DNA of 64,000 nucleotides from Eledone cirrhosa (GCA_964016885.1 OZ024748.1:11346001-11410000); one strand, 5' to 3'; counted from the stretch's first letter, positions 13,428 to 27,857 are shown. Translations and numbers: made by a program. The notes: a model not told the origin generated them from the letters alone.

Positions 13428-15541
13428 GCTTGTTTTATGGACATGTGTAGTTAAATACACTAAACCTGCACTGATTGAAGAACTCAATACAGATTTTGTA
13501 GTCAAAATAATATTTATGATTAATAATAACTAGTTACTGATACTGATTTTTTTAAAACTACATATTATCATCACCATTTCACATCTGTTCTGTTTCTCTA
13601 TGTTGGCATGGGTTGACTGGGTCACCACATACCAACTCAGCGCTTCATTACTGACTTTTCAGAGTGATCTGGTACCTCATCCTTGCTTACAATCATCCCA
13701 GCACTTTGTAACTTTGCAGAATGTGCTGAGTGCATTTATCATGGTACCTACGCTAGGGACATTTTTGTGCTCTTACCACACTGTAAGGTGGTGTGTTGGT
13801 AACGACAAACACCACACAGTCCACACTGTAAAGTGGTAGTGCTAGTGAACTGACAACAAAAACTACATCTACTAAATATATAATTGTATACATCTACAAC
13901 AGCCCGACCTATATTCATATGTATACAGTCACATATGTGTATACATATTGTGTACACCAACCAATAACACACAAACCTATATATCTATAAATATAGTCAG
14001 TCACCCCATACACACATGTATACATACACTCACACAGAGTTTACATTTAGTTAAGTTTTTTTTATATTTGATTTTCATAGAATTTCTACATTAATTTTCA
14101 TAATTACATTATGGAAAAATATTTTTTAGTTTTTTAGAAAAACAGAAAAAAAAGCTGTTATATATACTTTTCATTTATTAAAAAGGGAATATAACAGTTT
14201 TTCTGTGTTTTTTAAACGACTAAACCTATTACTTAAGTGCCAACACAGTCACTGTTCAAGTGATTTGCCAAACATGTACAACTCTGAGTTGTAAGAAACT
14301 CTCAAGAGAGCTGGGCAGCAGAAGGTCTTCTGAGATGGAACCCTACCCTCAAGCAAGTGTTTCAGCCTGTAAATTCTTTCACTCTAAGGGGGCCAGGCTA
14401 CTTCCAGGTCATGACTCCTGGGTGTCCTTCTCATGACATTTAGTCATTCGGATATTGGAGACTTGTGTATTTAAACCATATGGAGATTTTGTTGACAACA
14501 TCTAGCTGGAACTCATTTTTGTTGTTTCCGCTTTCAAACTTCTATTTAATCACTTTCTTGAGTTAGGAAAAATAACATTGGTAGTCATGGCAGCAGTGAG
14601 GCATCAACAGTGTCACCGCTGCCACCAATAAGAAAAAAAGATTCCATCTGAGAAGAAATATATTTGAGGGCGGTGGATTGGCAGTTGAATCAGTTGAGCG
14701 TCGGACACCATGCTTCACGGCATAGAGTTTCTGCCCTTTATGTTCTGATTTTAAATCCTGCCAAGGTTAGTTTTGCCTTTCATCCTTGCTGGATTGATAA
14801 AATAAAGTACCAGTAATACACTGGGGTCGATTTAATTGACTTTCTCCTCCGTTAAAAATTTTTGGCTTTGTGCCTAAATCAGAAATCATATTTGTAGGGT
14901 TTCTTTTCCCCCTTTCACTCGGTTATCATGGTTTCATTTTGTTCACTTTGTGTTTAGTTCATATTTAGCCATGACAGCAAAATGGAGGGTCAATAGAGCG
15001 TTGGATTAAATGCTTTGCAGTATTTTCTCCTGCTCTCTCTGCATTCTGAGTTCAAATCCCACCTAAGCCATCCTTTTTGGCTCAATAAATAAAGTACCAG
15101 TCTAGGGTCATGAATTGGCAGAATGTTAGATCATCAGGCAGGGTTTCTTTATGGCATGTGTTCCAGCCCCTGTGCATTCTATGTAACTGTAGAGTTTATC
15201 TCGGACAAGAAACTCTCCCCTATGGATAACTTCCATTTCTGGAAGTTATCCATTGGCCTCGGAGCAAGAATCTTGTGGAAAAGAATGGCTAGTTGGTTTT
15301 CGTTGACGCCCAGAGTTTCCCCAAGAATGTCATCGTTTTTACCCATCACTAACCCCCTATAGAACACCAAGGTTGAGTTTCCACCTATCGTAGTGCCCAA
15401 TCAGTGGAAACTCCACCTTGGTGTTCTAATAGTGACAATAATAATAATAATAATAATAGTAATAATAATAGTTGTAGTATAAACTAGTGTAATGTGTCTG
15501 ATTCTTAACTTGCGTCCGTTTTACCACATGTGGCTTTATAG

Positions 15542-15604
15542 GAACCTGATGATGGCAACATCCATGGAGATGAGATCTATTATATGCCCAAGTACACTTC
15601 CAAG
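15542..15604 (+). CDS. PLCG1: PLC-gamma cSH2-SH3 linker exon, variant B (63 nt)
   Basis: TAG acceptor, AAG/GTAATG donor, phase 0-0; EPDDGNIHGDEIYYMPKYTSK, begins EPD like the vertebrate linker. Confidence 0.8.
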
Positions 15605-15639
15605 GTAATGTGGTCAACTGAAATTGTCGCACATACTAC

Positions 15640-15642
15640 AGC

Positions 15643-15690
<48 letters not shown>

Positions 15691-15870
15691 TGATCTATCT
15701 ATTGATCTGTTTATCTATGTATCTACCTATCTATGTCTGACTGTCTATAGATACATATTTCATATCTATATCTCATATCTCTCTCTCACTCATTCTCTTA
15801 CTTTCTCTCTCTTACTTTCTCTCTCTCTCTCACTCTCTATCTCTCTCTCTCTCACTCTCTCTCTCTCTCA

Positions 15871-15903
<33 letters not shown>

Positions 15904-16055
15904 TCTCTCACTCTCTATCTCTCTCTCTCTCTCACTCTCTCTCTCACTCTCTCTCTCACTCTCTCTCTCTATCTCTTTCTCTCTCTCTCTCTCTCTATAT
16001 ATATATACCTCTTTATTTATATGTATGTTTATCTCTATCTCTGCCGCATTATTTT

Positions 16056-16114
<59 letters not shown>

Positions 16115-17200
16115 TCTATCTATCTATCTTTCTATCTATCTATCTATCTATTTGCACTTGACTTCATCTGCACATAATTAAACAACAAAAACAATAACAT
16201 CTGGTCATACCACAACTATTAATAAAATAATGACAACAACAACACTTAATTATACAACTACAACAACACCACCTCATTATACCACAACCACCATCACCAC
16301 AACAAAGCCACAACTACCATCTCATCATACAAATACCACTGCACCACACTACCACCAACACCATCACTACCACACCATCACCACTACAACACCACTACTA
16401 CCACAACACCATCACAAGAATAACACTACCACAACACCATCACAAAAATAACACTACCACAACACCGCCACCACAACACCACAACACCACCACCACAACA
16501 CCACTACCACCACTACAACACCACCACCACCGCTACCACACCACAGCAACACAACACCACAGCAACACAACAACACTACCACAACACCACTACCACAACA
16601 CCACTACCACAAAACCACTACCACAACACCACTACCACCACAACACCACCACAACAACAACAACACCACCACCACAACAACACCACCACCACTACAACAC
16701 TACCACAACAACACCACCACAACAACACCACCACTACAACACCACCACCACCACAACAACACTACCACTACAACACCACCACCACTACCACCACAACAAC
16801 ACCACCACCACCACCACAACACCACCACCACCACAACACTACCACTACACCACCACTACCACCACAACAACACCACCACCACCACAACAACACCACCACA
16901 ACACCACCACCACAACACCACCACCACCACAACACCACCACCACAACACCACCACTACAACACCACTACCACCACACCACCACCACACCACCACAACACC
17001 ACAGCAACACAACACCACTTCCACTACAACACCACCACAACAACACTACCACTATAACACGACCACCACCACAACAACACTACCACCACAACAACACCAC
17101 CACAACAACAACACAACAACAACAACACCACCACCACCACAACAACACTACCATTACAACACCACCACCACTACCACCACACAACTATAACACCACAGCA
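15640..17200. repeat. Compound (CTAT)n, (CT)n and (CCA/CAA)n tracts downstream of linker exon B
   Basis: Direct reading. Confidence 0.9.
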
Positions 17201-17412
17201 ACACAACATCACAAGCTACCACACTATGGCCAATTGCACCAAATCTTTTCCTCTTTATAACTCATGGCTAACTTCTCAATCTCATTAACTATTCATACTG
17301 GCTAATTTGCATCTGATTTAAATATTCTAATTTCTCTGTATTTAACAATATTACTTATGTCTTCTCTTTATATTCAATCCAGCCTCTTTTGCTTTTAAAA
17401 CAGACTAGATTA

Positions 17413-17448
<36 letters not shown>

Positions 17449-18792
17449 CTTGTGTGTGAGCTTGTGTGTGTGTGTGTGTAGATATTTATTTCACTGTGAC
17501 CAATGACAATGATAAAAGCTGAGGAACTGGAGTCTGGTCTCAGTGAAAGATTTGAATAAAAAAGCAGTGAATTGGCAGTAATCAGTAGAGGCTCGGACAA
17601 CATGCTTTGCAGCATAGAGTTACGTCCCTTTACGTTCTGAGTTCAAATTCCACCAAGGTCGGCTTTGCCTTTCATCCTTACGGGGTCAATAAAATAAAAT
17701 ACCAAGTCACACACTCGAGTTGATTTAATCAACTTCCCCCTTTCCCCTAAAATTATTAGCCTTGTGCCTATATAAGAAACCATTATCAAAGGTGGTGGGT
17801 TGGCAGAATCAGTGGAGCATCGGGCAACATGCTTTGCAGCATATAGTTACAATCTGAGTTCAAATCTCACCAAGGTGAGCTTTGCCTTTCACCCTTCCAG
17901 GGCCAATAAAATAAAGTACCAGTAATGAACTGGGGTTGATTTAATCGACTTTCTGCTCCCCTAAAATTTCTGCCCTTGTGCCTAAATCAGAAACCATTGT
18001 TGTTGTTATTAATATTTCTGAAAGATTGGCCCCAAAATTAGACGAGTGTTAGATTTATTTAATTCCCTTTATTTCATGAGTTCAAATCCTCCGACAGAAG
18101 AATTTACCATCCTCTCCCCTTGGGTTTGAGAAACTAAATACCTGTTGCATTCGTGAGTGAATAACACTAATATTATAATAATATGAGTAATATTTGATAT
18201 GCTCAGTATGCAAATTAGGCTAATCAGTTGATGTATACTTTAGAGAATACTATATATTCTTAACAGTTCCAAGGTGTAGCATTAAAGGGAGAGAGATACA
18301 CAATCTTGATAAGGGGCAATAACCCTGAAACAATTGTAGATTGTTTCTCTCTCTGCTACCGCTGGAACAAAAGGATGACGTTAGTCTTCTTAAACACATG
18401 GTGTAATGAGGCTATTTGCTTGCAAATGAATTGAATATTTATTTATTTATTCAAATTAAACGCTCGTGTAGAGCTAGTAAGTCATGACAGACTCTGGGAA
18501 GTATCAAGTGCTCCTTACAGTTGGTAATCAAAAAGAGCTAATGAGACAACAAAAAGAAAAGGAAAAAAACAACAACTAAAATCTAGAATAAAAATTAAAA
18601 AAAAATTATATTATTATTAATTATTCATTCACGAATGCATTTATGTATCCACTATGTTAGAGCGAAAACACATTTTGTTTTTAAATACCAGTTATTTACT
18701 GAAATCAGTACAATCAACAATGTTCCTTCTTTTGTGGCCTTGTAGCCTCGTGTCTGTATGACAAAAAACCTAATAAAAATATAATCTTTTAA

Positions 18793-18998
18793 CCCTTTAG
18801 CATTTAAACCGGCCATATCCAGCCAGAATTCTCTCACCTGTTTCTGTGCAAACTGCTTATAATTGGCTGGTCATATTGATGTTAAATAATTAATATCAAA
18901 ATCTCATAGATTCGATATTATGTGAGAATTATGTAAGGTAAAGCCTTTAATGTGGAGATATAATAGTATATATATAGAGTAATGTAAATGCTAAAGGG
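18793..18998 (+). mobile_element. piggyBac-like MITE (copy 3)
   Basis: Same TIRs and TTAA flanks. Confidence 0.85.
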
Positions 18999-19178
18999 TT
19001 AAAATACTACTTCCACAGTTGCCTCTCTTGCTGCTGCTGCTGTACTACTATACTACTACTACTGCTGCTACTACTGCTGCTGCTACTACTGCTACTACAA
19101 CTATTACTTTTATTTTAAAACTTATTTTTCAGTGTTTTGTACTCATGCTATATTCATCCTTACACACACATATATATC

Positions 19179-19210
<32 letters not shown>

Positions 19211-19319
19211 TGTATATTATATGTATATATATATATATGTGTATATGTATGTATGTATTTGAATATATATGTATATACGTGTATATGTAGACATATATAT
19301 ATATATATATATACACATA

Positions 19320-19845
19320 TGTATATATTCACATGTATATATATATGTATATATTCACATGTATATGTATATATATATGTATATATTCACATATATATGT
19401 ATATATGTGTATATATTCACATGTATATGTATATATATGTATATATTCACATGTATATGTATATATATATGTATATATTCACATGTATATGTATATATAT
19501 ATGTATATATTCACATGTATATGTATATATATATGTATATATTCACATGTATATGTATATATATATGTATATATTCACATATATATGTATATATATATGT
19601 ATATATTCACATGTATATATGTATATATATATGTATATATTCACATGTATATATGTATATATATATGTATATATTCACATGTATATGTATATATATATGT
19701 ATATATTCACATGTATATGTATATATATATGTATATATTCACATGTATTTGTATATATATATGTATATATTTATATGTATATATATATGTATATATTCAC
19801 ATGTATATATGTATATATATATGTATATATTCACATGTATATATG
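19320..19845. repeat. ~28-30 bp minisatellite ATGTATATATTCACATGTATATGTATATAT
   Basis: Many tandem units with recurring TTCAC core. Confidence 0.9.
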
Positions 19846-20819
19846 TATATAATATATATATGCCTTTATGGTAAATAAAGAAATCTATATATGTATAATA
19901 TATATATATAATTTATATATATTATATTATATACATCTCTCTCTTTATCTTTTTATCTATATCTCTATCTATCTCTCTGTATATATATATATACACATAT
20001 ATAAACTGCATGAACACTGTTGCTATTTGGCATGCATATATGATGTACACTTACTTGCTATGCTCTGTGTGTTAGCTTCACAATAATAACTACACTATAT
20101 ATTTGATCTGCACTAAGTTACTACATAAAATGCTATCAACTACTATTATACACTTTGACTTCATCTTTCACCTCTTATATTCAACATTTACTGTTTTTAA
20201 CCAGTTTTTTTATGTTTTTTTTTTACATTTTTTTTTTATTTTCCAATGCATGGTTTCACATGTTTTTCATTTTATGTTTCCTGTTATTTTTTTTTTAATC
20301 GTGTTTCTCTTTCTTTTCTTTATTTTTTTTTGAAAAACAAAAAAAAACACAAAAAAAACAGTTATATTTGAAAATTATGATGTATAGAATGTGATATAAT
20401 ACATATTTAGATATTTATATTGCAGTTTAATTCTCTCTCTGTATGTATTATGTATGTATGTATATATATATGTATATATATATATAATGTGTGTGTAATA
20501 TGTTATATACATAGGTATTTGTATATCACACACACATATATATAATGTGTGTGTGTGTAATATATTGTATACATATGTATTTATAAATCACACACACGTA
20601 TATATATATATATACACACACAAAGGTGTGTGTGTGTGTATATATATATATATACTCTACATTTTTAAAGTATTGAGTAATCTATTAAGACAGTTTATAA
20701 TATTTTGCATACAATTTGTTATATTTATATATATTGTTTTCTTTTCTTTTATTTTGTTTTATTGTTGTTATTTATCTATAATAGTTATATTGTTGTAATT
20801 ACATGGTGGTGTGTGTATA

Positions 20820-20867
<48 letters not shown>

Positions 20868-21939
20868 CACACCACCATAAAGGTAGGTCTGAGTAAAGTG
20901 AATTTACAGACTGGGTCTGTAAGAGAGTAGTAAGTTTGAAGTTTTTCATGTCTTCATAACAGACAATACCTTGCTGTTCTTGTTCTTGTTACTATTGTTG
21001 TTATCATCATCATCATCATGTCCATTGTTCCATACTTGCATGGGTTGGATAGGTACTTTCTCAGTACAGCATCTGTCCACTCGCTGCGTTTCTTTATCAT
21101 TTCCTATGTTAGTCTCAGTGATTTGAGGTCAACTCTCAACCTTTTCTGTCCACGTCTTTCTTTGTCTACCTCTACTGTGGCTTCCATCCACTGGCATTTC
21201 TTGGTTTCCCTTCACCCATCCATTCATCATCCATGAGCATCTCATGTCCGTAACCACGCAGTTTTCTCTCTTACACACCAAATATGGTCTCGCAACCATT
21301 TAACACTTGAAAAACACGGAATAAACGTTAGTAAAACATAGAAGTGGTCACAGTGTTGTATAGAGTGGCTTGCTCTCTAGAAGGAATCTCAGTGTCTGTT
21401 ATGTAATACTATGAAATTTATCACATTCTATCTAATGTCTTGGTAAAGATTGACTTGTTAGATAATACTAACCTACATTGGTACTAACTGACACTCTGTC
21501 AGTTATGACAGAGTGTTTCTAGTTGATACGATCAACAGAGCAGCTTGCTCGTGAAATTAACATACAAGTGGCTGAGCATGCCACAGACACACATACCCTT
21601 AACGTAGTTTTCAGGGAGATTTAACCTGATACAGAATGTGACAATGCTGACCCTTCGAATTACTGGTACATTTCATTTTAGCCAGCTGAGTGGACGGGAG
21701 CAATGTGAACTAAAGTGTCTTGCTCAAGGACTCCGAGGACTGGAGGAAAGTGAAATATATAACCATATCACAACATACCCATCACCACCACCACTAACAC
21801 CACAAACTTAACATCCCACCACTTAAGATATTCTCTACCAAAGTGCCCCAGGATGTCATGTTTATCCCTCACCCACCATTGCAGATCTTGCTCCAAACCC
21901 ACTACTGTCCTCTCTCTCAAATACAACATTCAATATCCA

Positions 21940-21979
21940 ACCTCTCTTTCTCTCACTCTCTCTCACTCTCTCTCTCTCA

Positions 21980-22017
<38 letters not shown>

Positions 22018-22080
22018 TTCTCTCTTTGTCTCTCTCTTTCTCTCTCTCTCTTTCTCTCTTTGTCTCTCTCTCTCTCTCTA

Positions 22081-22167
<87 letters not shown>

Positions 22168-22448
22168 TCTCAAATACAACATTCAATACCCGACTTCTCT
22201 CTCACCGACTTCTCTCTCGCTTTCTCTCTCTCTGTCCTCTCTCTCTCTCTCCTCTCTGTCCTCTCTCTCTGTCCTCTCTGTCCTCTCTCTCTGTCCTCTC
22301 TCTCTCTCTCCTCTCTGTCCTCTCTCTCGCTCTCTCTCTGTCTTCTCTCTCTATCGCTCTCTCTCTGTCTTCTCTCTCTATCGCTGTCCTCTCTCTCTCT
22401 CTCTCTCTCTCTCACATTTAATACCCAACTCTCTCTCTCTCTCTCTCC
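21940..22448. repeat. (CT)n-rich tract forming the pyrimidine tract of the SH3 exon
   Basis: Direct reading. Confidence 0.9.
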
Positions 22449-22452
22449 ATAG

Positions 22453-22556
22453 GTAAAAGTAAAAGCTACCCAAGACTATCAAGCGAAGCGGCCTGATGAG
22501 TTATCGTTCCGAAAAGGTTCCATTGTCAATAATGTCCATAAACAAGAAGGTGGATG
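22453..22556 (+). CDS. PLCG1: PLC-gamma exon: SH3 N-terminal part
   Basis: TAG/GTTAGT, phase 0-2; [34 protein letters not shown](W). Confidence 0.95.
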
Positions 22557-22684
22557 GTTAGTGACACACTTTATTATCAATAGCGTGCTTGCACTTTACT
22601 ACTCTACGCTTAACTGTCTGTCTTTATTTATATGTATATATGTATTTGTATGTATGTATGTATGTATGTATGTATGTACATATC

Positions 22685-22719
<35 letters not shown>

Positions 22720-22912
22720 GTATATGTATGTTTTTTTTTGGCTTGTTTCCTTAAAGTTTATCATCATTCCATTGGTGTACATCTAAAATATGCAATTTAG
22801 ACCTGAAGATGTCACCGGGTCCTTGGGCAACCTGGCTACTGAAATGTGCATAATGTTTGCAGAAATGAATAATTAAGGAAATTCAACACACTTAGCCTCC
22901 TGTCATTTCAGT

Positions 22913-23610
<698 letters not shown>

Positions 23611-23744
23611 TAACAGTATGCTACATGTAAATTTTGTTTATAAATCAAACACATGAAATAATTAAGATGAATTTACAAAACTAAAGAGAAACATTCTTGG
23701 ATTATGTCCCATATTTTCTTGACTGTATATAAACTATATTTCAG

Positions 23745-23890
23745 GTGGCGAGGAGATTATGGTACTGACAAACAGCACTGGTTCCCTGCCAATTATGTTG
23801 AAGAAATTGATAGTGCTGATGATGTAGGTGATTCTTCTGATCTCGGGCCTTTACAGAAAGGTTCCATAGATATAAAGAACAGTATTGTAG
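23745..23890 (+). CDS. PLCG1: PLC-gamma exon: SH3 C-terminus and start of split-PH C-half
   Basis: CAG/GTAAGA, phase 2-1; WRGDYGTDKQHWFPANYVEEIDSADDVGDSSDLGPLQKGSIDIKNSIV. Confidence 0.95.
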
Positions 23891-24528
23891 GTAAGATATC
23901 ACTCTGTCCATCTGCCCGTCTGTCTGTCTGTCTATCTATCTATCTGTCTTGCTGGCTCTCCTTCAAGCATCATTTTCACTGTAAGCCTATTTTGGGTGGT
24001 AAACTTAATCCATCATCTAGTTTAACACCACTATTTGGCCCCTAGGGTGCCTTTAGTAAAGCCGAGCCCATTCTGTTGCAAGCATTCAGGCCAGGACGTT
24101 AGTTTGAGGATACCTTCCTCTCCCTGCCTCCAGTCTCAAGAGTCCCCGAGAAAGAATCTTGGTGCTGCCATTTTCTCCCTGACTTAATAGTTAAAATAAA
24201 TATATATTTAAGATTTGGTGGTATTGTATGGTCCCGTAACTCACGAGTCGTAAGGGTGCTGTTATTAACATACAACATTTCTAGGGCATTTTAAGCCTGG
24301 TGGAGCCCATCTCCTCTCCAGGTCTGAACACAACAGATTTCTTCCAGAGAAGGATAGAAAATGAGAGAGAGAGGATGTAATAAAGAGATATAGAGGAAAA
24401 ATTGACCCTAGTACTTGACTGGTACTTTTTTTATTGACCTCAAAATGATGAAAGGCAAAGTTGAACTCAGAGAGCTGAAACGAATACCACAAAGCATTCT
24501 ATTGGACATTCTATTTGACATATATTTT

Positions 24529-24576
<48 letters not shown>

Positions 24577-24673
24577 TAAATAAATTCACTGCCTTATTTA
24601 TGATTTATTATCTTTGATATCTGTTGGACCAAAACACTGTACTTTTGTTTGTTTTCTTTGTTTTTCTTTCCAG

Positions 24674-24822
24674 AAAATGTCACTGGTCCTACCAACCTGT
24701 TTGTCTTTAGAATATATAATTGCTACCAGAATACTCCACTAGAAATTGGTTGTGAAACTTCAAATGAATTCGTGGAATGGTTCAGTGCAATAAGCAAATG
24801 TATTGCTTCTGCCAATGAACGG
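24674..24822 (+). CDS. PLCG1: PLC-gamma exon: split-PH C-terminal half
   Basis: CAG/GTATGT, phase 1-0; NVTGPTNLFVFRIYNCYQNTPLEIGCETSNEFVEWFSAISKCIASANER, with PH C-terminal helix Trp. Confidence 0.9.
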
Positions 24823-25170
24823 GTATGTTGAAGTTTTCTCCACATCATCATCATCATCATCATCACCATCATCATGTTATGAATTTATGTAATTAATCAT
24901 CATCTATTATGACTTTCCTAACATGCACACACATATGCACACACATGCACACACATATGCACACACATATGCACACACGTGCACACACATGTGCACACAC
25001 ATATGCACAATACATTACATACAAGTATAATCCAATAATGGAACAGTAAAAATATGTAAAACATTCCAAAAATTCTGCATGTACTAACTGCATGTACAGA
25101 TACAAAACATGTGCAGATGCACACATATAACTCAAAACATACACATCCACACATACAATAACATCCATAC

Positions 25171-25241
<71 letters not shown>

Positions 25242-25928
25242 CATGCAGACCTGTATACATACCTACCTAATTGATGTCTAAATTCTGAGAGAGTCTTGTG
25301 TCTATGTTAGAAATCAACTCTCTCTCTCTCTATTGGTAATCATTTATATAATTATATAAATGTTTAAATAACCAGAAGAACATACATACATACACAGGTA
25401 CATACATACATACATGCATACACAGGTACATGCATACATACATACATACATGTATGCATAGATAGATAGATAGATACATTCATATATAGAAGACATGGCA
25501 AAAAACACCCAGCACGTTGATGTTAGAAAGGGCATCCAGCTATAGAAAACCATCCAGAAAAGGTCCTATATGAGTGAAACACGGTCACCCGACCCAACTT
25601 GCCTCTAAATGGAACAAACCCGTCTAACCCATGCTAGCATGGAAGAAGGACATTAAACAATGTTGATGATGATGATACATATATAAAAGTTTGCATACAT
25701 ACGCACATATATGTTTGCATGCATACATACACACATACATGTTTGCATACATACATACACACGTTTGCATGCGTACATACATGCATATGTTTGCATACAT
25801 ACATACATAGAAAGATACATACATACACTGTCAATACTTGTGTATAAGTCTCACCCTTTTTTCCACCAAAATATAACTTAAAACCCAACATCCAAAATAT
25901 CTACTGGCCCTATAATACATCAATTTAA

Positions 25929-26149
25929 CCCTTTAGCATTTAAACTGGCCATATCCGACCAGACTTCTCTCACCTCTTTCTGTTCAAACCTGCCGTAACT
26001 AGCCGCTCATACTGATGTTAAGGTATTGTTCCCAAAATAAATAATATCAAAATCTCATAGATTCGATGTTATGTGAGATAATTATGTTAGATAAAGCCTT
26101 TACTGTGAAAATACAATAGTAAATATAGAGTAATGTAAATGCTAAAGGG
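25929..26149 (+). mobile_element. piggyBac-like MITE (copy 4, longest)
   Basis: Same TIRs and TTAA flanks. Confidence 0.85.
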
Positions 26150-26239
26150 TTAAACCAATTATTGTGCCAAGAATTCTCTACCTGAAATGTAAGAATGACT
26201 TAGGAGTATATAGTTTATCAATTTGTTTCACTACCTCAG

Positions 26240-26327
26240 GTAAATCATGGGCTGCAATTAGAACGAACCAAACAAATTGCTCAAGAATTTTCCGACCTTA
26301 TCGTCTACTGTCAAGCTGTTCCTTACA
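26240..26327 (+). CDS. PLCG1: PLC-gamma exon: start of catalytic Y box
   Basis: CAG acceptor; VNHGLQLERTKQIAQEFSDLIVYCQAVPY; donor GTCAGT chosen because it preserves frame (3' boundary slightly uncertain). Confidence 0.85.
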
Positions 26328-26573
26328 GTCAGTATTCTTTCTTTCTTTCTTTCTTTCTTTCTCTCTCTCTCCTTTCTTTCCTTTGCCTCCCTTCTTTTCT
26401 TCTTTCTTTCCTTCGGTTTTTCCTTTGTTCTTTTACTTTCTTTCTTTCCTTCGTCCTCTCTCTCCCCCCTTTCTTTTATTTCGGTCTTTCCTTTCTTTTT
26501 TCCCTTTTTTTTCTTTCTTTTCTTTCTTTCTCATTATTTTTTAATGTTAAAATTGTTTTAACAATATTTCCAG

Positions 26574-26661
26574 AATTTGGTAATTACTATGAAATGTCTT
26601 CCCTGCCTGAAACAAAAGTTGAGAAGATGACTACGAAAAAAGAAGCCAAATTATTTGCTAA
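26574..26661 (+). CDS. PLCG1: PLC-gamma exon: Y box, ends at U12 AT donor
   Basis: CAG acceptor; FGNYYEMSSLPETKVEKMTTKKEAKLFA(K); followed by ATATCCTTT. Confidence 0.9.
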
Positions 26662-27857
26662 ATATCCTTTTCTGTCTTCTATATAGCCTATATAATTTAT
26701 AATGCATTATATTTGTATAGTATATATAGTATATAATATGTTATATATAACCTATGTAATATATAGTGGGGTATCTACAGCCTATATAATCTATGTGCTA
26801 TCTACAGTCTGTGTTATATATAGCCTATATAATATATAGTGTTATATATAACCTATAAAATATATTGTGCTATATATATAGCCTATATAGTATATAGTGT
26901 GTTATATATATAGCCTATATAATGTATAGTATGTTATATATATAGCCTATATAATGTATAGTATGTTATATATATAGCCTATATAATGTATAGTATGTTA
27001 TATATATAGCCTATATAATGTATAGTATGTTATATATAGCCTATATAATGTATAGTATGTTATATATATAGCCTATATAATGTATAGTATGTTATATATA
27101 TAGCCTATATAATGTATAGTATGTTATACATATAGCCTATATAATGTATAGTATGTTATATATAGCCTATATAATGTATAGTATGTTATATATAGCCTAT
27201 ATAATGTATAGTATGTTATATATAGCCAGTTTTAGGGTTGATTCTTCCTCTAAATCTTGTTCTCACTTCCTCTTTATTACTCTCTCTTTCCTTCTCTGTA
27301 TGTATTCAGCTGTGTTCAGACCTCGACTGATGATGGGCTCTGATAGGTTTTAAATGCCCAACACATGCTGTATGTCACTGCAGTGCCGCCTATGACTCCA
27401 CCAGGAGTTACAGGTTCATACATACAGTCAGAAGAATAATGGTAGGGCCTGTAACCAGAACATCTGAGACTGGTGGGAGAAAGGGATGAAGTTATTCTCA
27501 CCTCAAACACCTGGCCTAGATATATATCCTGTCATCCAGTACTGGGCTCCAAGACTATGGGTCCGCTGTGAGAAGGACAGGTGCAGCCCACTGGCCTCTC
27601 CTTCCTCATAACAGAGCCATCCAGTTCCACACTGTAAATGTGGTTGGTGTTAGGAAGGGCATCCAGCTGTAAAATACCTGGCCAAATTTGCAGTCCTCAT
27701 TTGAGCAAGGTATGGCGTGGCCAACTCTGGACATACTTGCCTCCCGGGCTGGACGACCCATCTAACCCATGCAAGCACGGAAAAATGGATACTAAATAGT
27801 GATGATGATGATGATGATGATGATTCTTTGTTGTATTTTCCTTAACTCCTTTCCCAC
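26662..27857 (+). other. U12-type (minor spliceosome) AT-AC intron, 1196 bp
   Basis: 5' ATATCCTTT, branch site TTCCTTAAC at 27838-27846, terminal AC at 27856-27857; splicing restores LFAK-YNRNQLSRIYP in frame. Confidence 0.92.
26880..27226. repeat. 30-32 bp minisatellite TATATAGCCTATATAATGTATAGTATGTTATA inside the U12 intron
   Basis: About 11 near-identical units, preceded by degenerate units from ~26680. Confidence 0.9.

Noticed and set aside
17404-17413. Microexon-like CAG-ACTAGATTAT-GTATGT with upstream TGC
   Set aside because: 10 nt would frameshift, and the donor is the start of a (TG)n tract
18244-18273. Possible third linker exon RILYILNSSK (TAG...AAG/GTGTAG)
   Set aside because: Weak donor, only 30 nt, similarity to the two linker exons is marginal; needs junction reads
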